This document shows positions 56,687 through 59,061 of a stretch of DNA of 59,061 nt, one piece after another. The notes beneath the pieces are model-generated. The model was not told the origin of the DNA. It ran no database searches and saw nothing but the letters and a program-made list of their open reading frames with translations. Position 1 is the first letter of the stretch. Each line of letters opens with the position of its first letter. Location of the stretch: assembly GCA_038251135.1 (NCBI GenBank), contig JBBSBR010000002.1, forward strand, positions 1 through 59,061, given 5' to 3'. The stretch comes from Candidatus Saccharimonadia bacterium. Lineage in GTDB: Bacteria; Patescibacteriota; Saccharimonadia; UBA4664. Position numbers and translations under genes: made by a program.

Positions 56687-57278
56687 GTTTTGGCTCTTCC
56701 CATTTCGCTCGCCGCTACTCAGGGAATTGAGGTTTCTCTCTCTTCCTGTGGCTACTTAGATGTTTCAGTTCACCACGTACCCTCCTCGTATGATATAGAT
56801 TCTCATACGGGTAACCGCGTATAACCACGGCTGGGTTGCCCCATTCGGAAATCCCCGGATCAAAGCTAGATTGGCAGCTCTCCGAGGCTTATCGCAGCCT
56901 TCTACGTCCTTCTTCGGTATCTAATATCAAGGCATCCGTCATGTGCCCTTAAGTAACTTTCTTACGTTATCCAGAGGACTAGCTTAAGGAACTAGCCTCC
57001 GGACGGTTTGACCAGCAGTTAGTAACTGCTAGTTTCATTGAATTTCTAAACTAATCTCGGCAGAAATCAGTTTAGAAGAAATTGTTTGATTATCAGACCC
57101 AAGACAAGGATCTGATAATACCCATTCAAGCTATTCAATTATTAAATAACAAGCCCGCGTTCATCGGTTTATTGACTGGCGCGGAGCTCACATAAGAAGA
57201 GACAACTATAAGTTCTGAGCGATTACTCCTCTCAAACTCCGTTGTCTACTCATACAGGGGCTCCGATAGCACCTAGCT

Positions 57279-57307
57279 AATTTATCAGATGCAATCAGGC
57301 GGGTCAA
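57279..57307 (-). promoter_or_regulatory. Candidate rRNA promoter (TTGACC-17-TAAATT)
   Basis: On the minus strand, TTGACC is at 57307..57302 and TAAATT at 57284..57279, about 320 nt upstream of the mature 23S 5' end. The leader contains three 8-9 bp hairpins (57016..57032, 57044..57077, 57083..57115). Confidence 0.5.
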
Positions 57308-57517
57308 GGGTATTTTGGGGCGGATAATGGGTTATTCCGCGCATTTCACCGCATTTAAGCGTTTTGCCGGTAAATCTTCCGATTACGACGGCTTACGGTA
57401 CGGGTTTTACTACCGCCATCGGCAAATCAGGCAAAGCGGCGACCACCAACAATCATGCTTGAAATTATCGACCCCACATGCGCAAAGCTCAGCTGCTTGA
57501 GTCCGCTGCCTTCGTGC

Positions 57518-59005
57518 CTATATCTCGTAGTACTTTGACCGCAGATACCCGTTATAATTTTCCAGACGGGACTTACGAATAATCATGGCGGCGACGGCTG
57601 CGACGGCCAGCATCAAGACGATTGCCACGACGACGAATTGGATCCAGGCGTAGCTCTTGCGCGAGGCTGCTCCGGCAACGATCATTGCGGACATGGTCGA
57701 GAAACGTACCGTCTGGGACTTATCGATCGTCGCCTTGTCGGTCAACTCCATGGCGCTGCCGGACATATCGTAGGAGACTACCGCAGGGCCGGACAGACCC
57801 TTCATGCGCCCGGCAAACTGCACTTCCCAATCCAGCGGCTTCGACAAAGTATCCAGAATGTCACCCCCGGCATTCTTGCACAGGAGTTGGTAAGGTCCGG
57901 AGACTACGACAGGATGCTGTTTGGTTCCCTGGCCGCTCGCGGCGGTCTGAGTCTCCAATGAACACAGGGCGGTCTCCCCGAATGTGCCCGCTCGGACCGT
58001 TACGGCCGCCAGTTTATCGTCGCTCTGGTAGGTGGTATCGGTATCGGCTGACGCCGTAAAGCTCATAACTGAAGCGTCCGCCATGGCATAAGCCGAGGCA
58101 TTACCCGAGGTATCTATCGCTCGAATGCGGTAATAGTAATGCAGACCGAATTTGACGTCGGTGTCCTGATAGGCAATCGGGCTATCGGGCGTAACGATTG
58201 CCTGCCAGGTTACTTGATCCAGTGAACGTTCTATCTGGTATTTGGACACGGCAACATTGTCCGCGGCCGGCAACCATGCCAGCTCGATCAACGCGTTGGC
58301 GGATGATGCCAGGGCGGTAAAACTCCCTGGCGCAGACGGAGCCGTGGTATCGGCGGCGGGTTTCGGGGTGGCGCCGGTTTGTGCGGTTACCGGGCGCGGT
58401 GTCGAACCGCCGCCGGACTTCGGTACGGGGTTCGGAATAGGTTTGGCCGTTACCGGCGTCGGCGCCGGAGTTGGAACCGGGGTGGGAGCTGGGGTCGGTG
58501 CCGGTGTGGCGAGCGGCGGCGTCGTAACCGAACTGTTGCAAGTCAGCAACGCGCTCATATTAATGTCATAGAAGGTCCAGTTAAGGCTGTAGGTCGTTCC
58601 GGGATTTAATTTACTAATTGTAGTAAAGCCGTAACCGGTCCCGCCGGGCGGTATGGAATTGTTGGCGGAAAACATTGACCCTGAATTGAACGCCACCGGA
58701 GGAGACGGGTTCATGCGTAAATATGACTCGAAATAGGTCCCGTTAGTTCTGTTATCGGCCCAATAGAGCGTATTGATGCCGGTGTTTTTGACATACTGAC
58801 GCAGGGTATATTGACCCGCAGCGTCTGCGGTAGCGCTTGAGGACACGCAAGCAATAGAAATAGTGCCCGGATAAGCATGCGCGATCATTACCGGCGTTAA
58901 AAATCCGATCACCGAAATCAGTACAGCCGCTACGGCAATCGTCCGCCGGGCATCCCTTCGGTTCAATTGAATCATATGTTCTTCGGAGTGGATTATGCGC
59001 GGCAT
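57518..59005 (-). CDS. Surface protein with signal anchor, Pro/Thr linker, fibronectin type III domain and C-terminal TM anchor
   Basis: 495 aa. N-terminal TM (TIAVAAVLISVIGFLTPVMIAHA), linker TPAPTPAPTPVPTPAPTPV, FN3-like APGSFTALASSANALIELAWLPAADNVAVSKYQIERS...YYYRIRAIDTSGNAS, and C-terminal TM FVVVAIVLMLAVAAVAAMII followed by a basic tail. Confidence 0.75.
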   Translation of the reverse strand: MPRIIHSEEHMIQLNRRDARRTIAVAAVLISVIGFLTPVMIAHAYPGTISIACVSSSATADAAGQYTLRQYVKNTGINTLYWADNRTNGTYFESYLRMNPSPPVAFNSGSMFSANNSIPPGGTGYGFTTISKLNPGTTYSLNWTFYDINMSALLTCNSSVTTPPLATPAPTPAPTPVPTPAPTPVTAKPIPNPVPKSGGGSTPRPVTAQTGATPKPAADTTAPSAPGSFTALASSANALIELAWLPAADNVAVSKYQIERSLDQVTWQAIVTPDSPIAYQDTDVKFGLHYYYRIRAIDTSGNASAYAMADASVMSFTASADTDTTYQSDDKLAAVTVRAGTFGETALCSLETQTAASGQGTKQHPVVVSGPYQLLCKNAGGDILDTLSKPLDWEVQFAGRMKGLSGPAVVSYDMSGSAMELTDKATIDKSQTVRFSTMSAMIVAGAASRKSYAWIQFVVVAIVLMLAVAAVAAMIIRKSRLENYNGYLRSKYYEI

Positions 59006-59061
59006 GATAGTACTGAGTGGCTATAGTGCTTTAGCTTATAATTACCAGAATTGTACCACAC

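Noticed and set aside
58380-58530. GC-rich tandem DNA repeat (CCGGxGxxGG units).
   Set aside because: It is the coding sequence of the Pro/Thr linker (TPAPTPAPTPVPTPAPTPV) of the FN3 surface protein. It is not a non-coding repeat array.

Overview
This is a gene-dense 59-kb chromosomal window. Hand-counted GC is roughly 53-58% in typical genes, and most coding is on the minus strand.

Housekeeping genes I recognise:
- Translation and ribosome: rplU, ileS with a T-box leader, rpsU, a YqeY-like gene, ybeY, hisS, def, fmt, rbfA, infB, ylxR, rpsA, and a SpoU/TrmH-family methyltransferase.
- Division and envelope: a SEDS polymerase (FtsW/RodA), yggT, ftsZ, ftsA, two GT4 glycosyltransferases and dgkA.
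- Nucleotide metabolism, replication and repair: nrdJ, nrdR, adk, recJ, priA and a PRTase.
- Other: map, a HIT protein, an SPFH protein, rel, secD/secF and a glycerophosphodiesterase.
- rRNA: a 23S-5S operon on the minus strand.

Between these lie several loci of signal-anchored or secreted surface proteins (1-4748, 46885-47325, 50173-52123, 57518-59005) and a number of small hypothetical genes.

I found no CRISPR array, transposase, integrase, tRNA or 16S gene.

The most notable observations are:
1. The 23S gene is about 3.38 kb. It carries four structured insertions at helix tips, none with an ORF. One is a 34% GC insert closed by a 20-bp helix, and one contains a perfect 27-nt tandem duplication.
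2. The 23S-5S unit has its own near-consensus promoter and no upstream 16S or tRNA, so it looks like an unlinked rRNA operon.
3. A canonical T-box antiterminator with an AUC specifier and a very short Stem I precedes ileS.
4. A four-ORF cassette of unknown function has a consensus promoter and ATGA coupling (26472-27903).
5. A divergent orphan ParB-like protein carries a Cys-rich insertion.
6. A surface-protein operon contains WxL-like proteins.
7. A 28-aa hydrophobic mini-gene sits between two terminators.
8. An unexplained, highly structured 350-bp intergenic region lies at 47.3-47.7 kb.

The gene content fits a small-genome, Gram-positive-type lineage such as Patescibacteria/CPR (Saccharibacteria-like). 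The supporting features are the T-box, a sortase-type signal, a short lidless Adk, the enlarged 23S, the unlinked rRNA, and the absence of nusA in the infB operon. This is inference only. All coordinates of non-CDS features were located by eye and may be off by a few nt.
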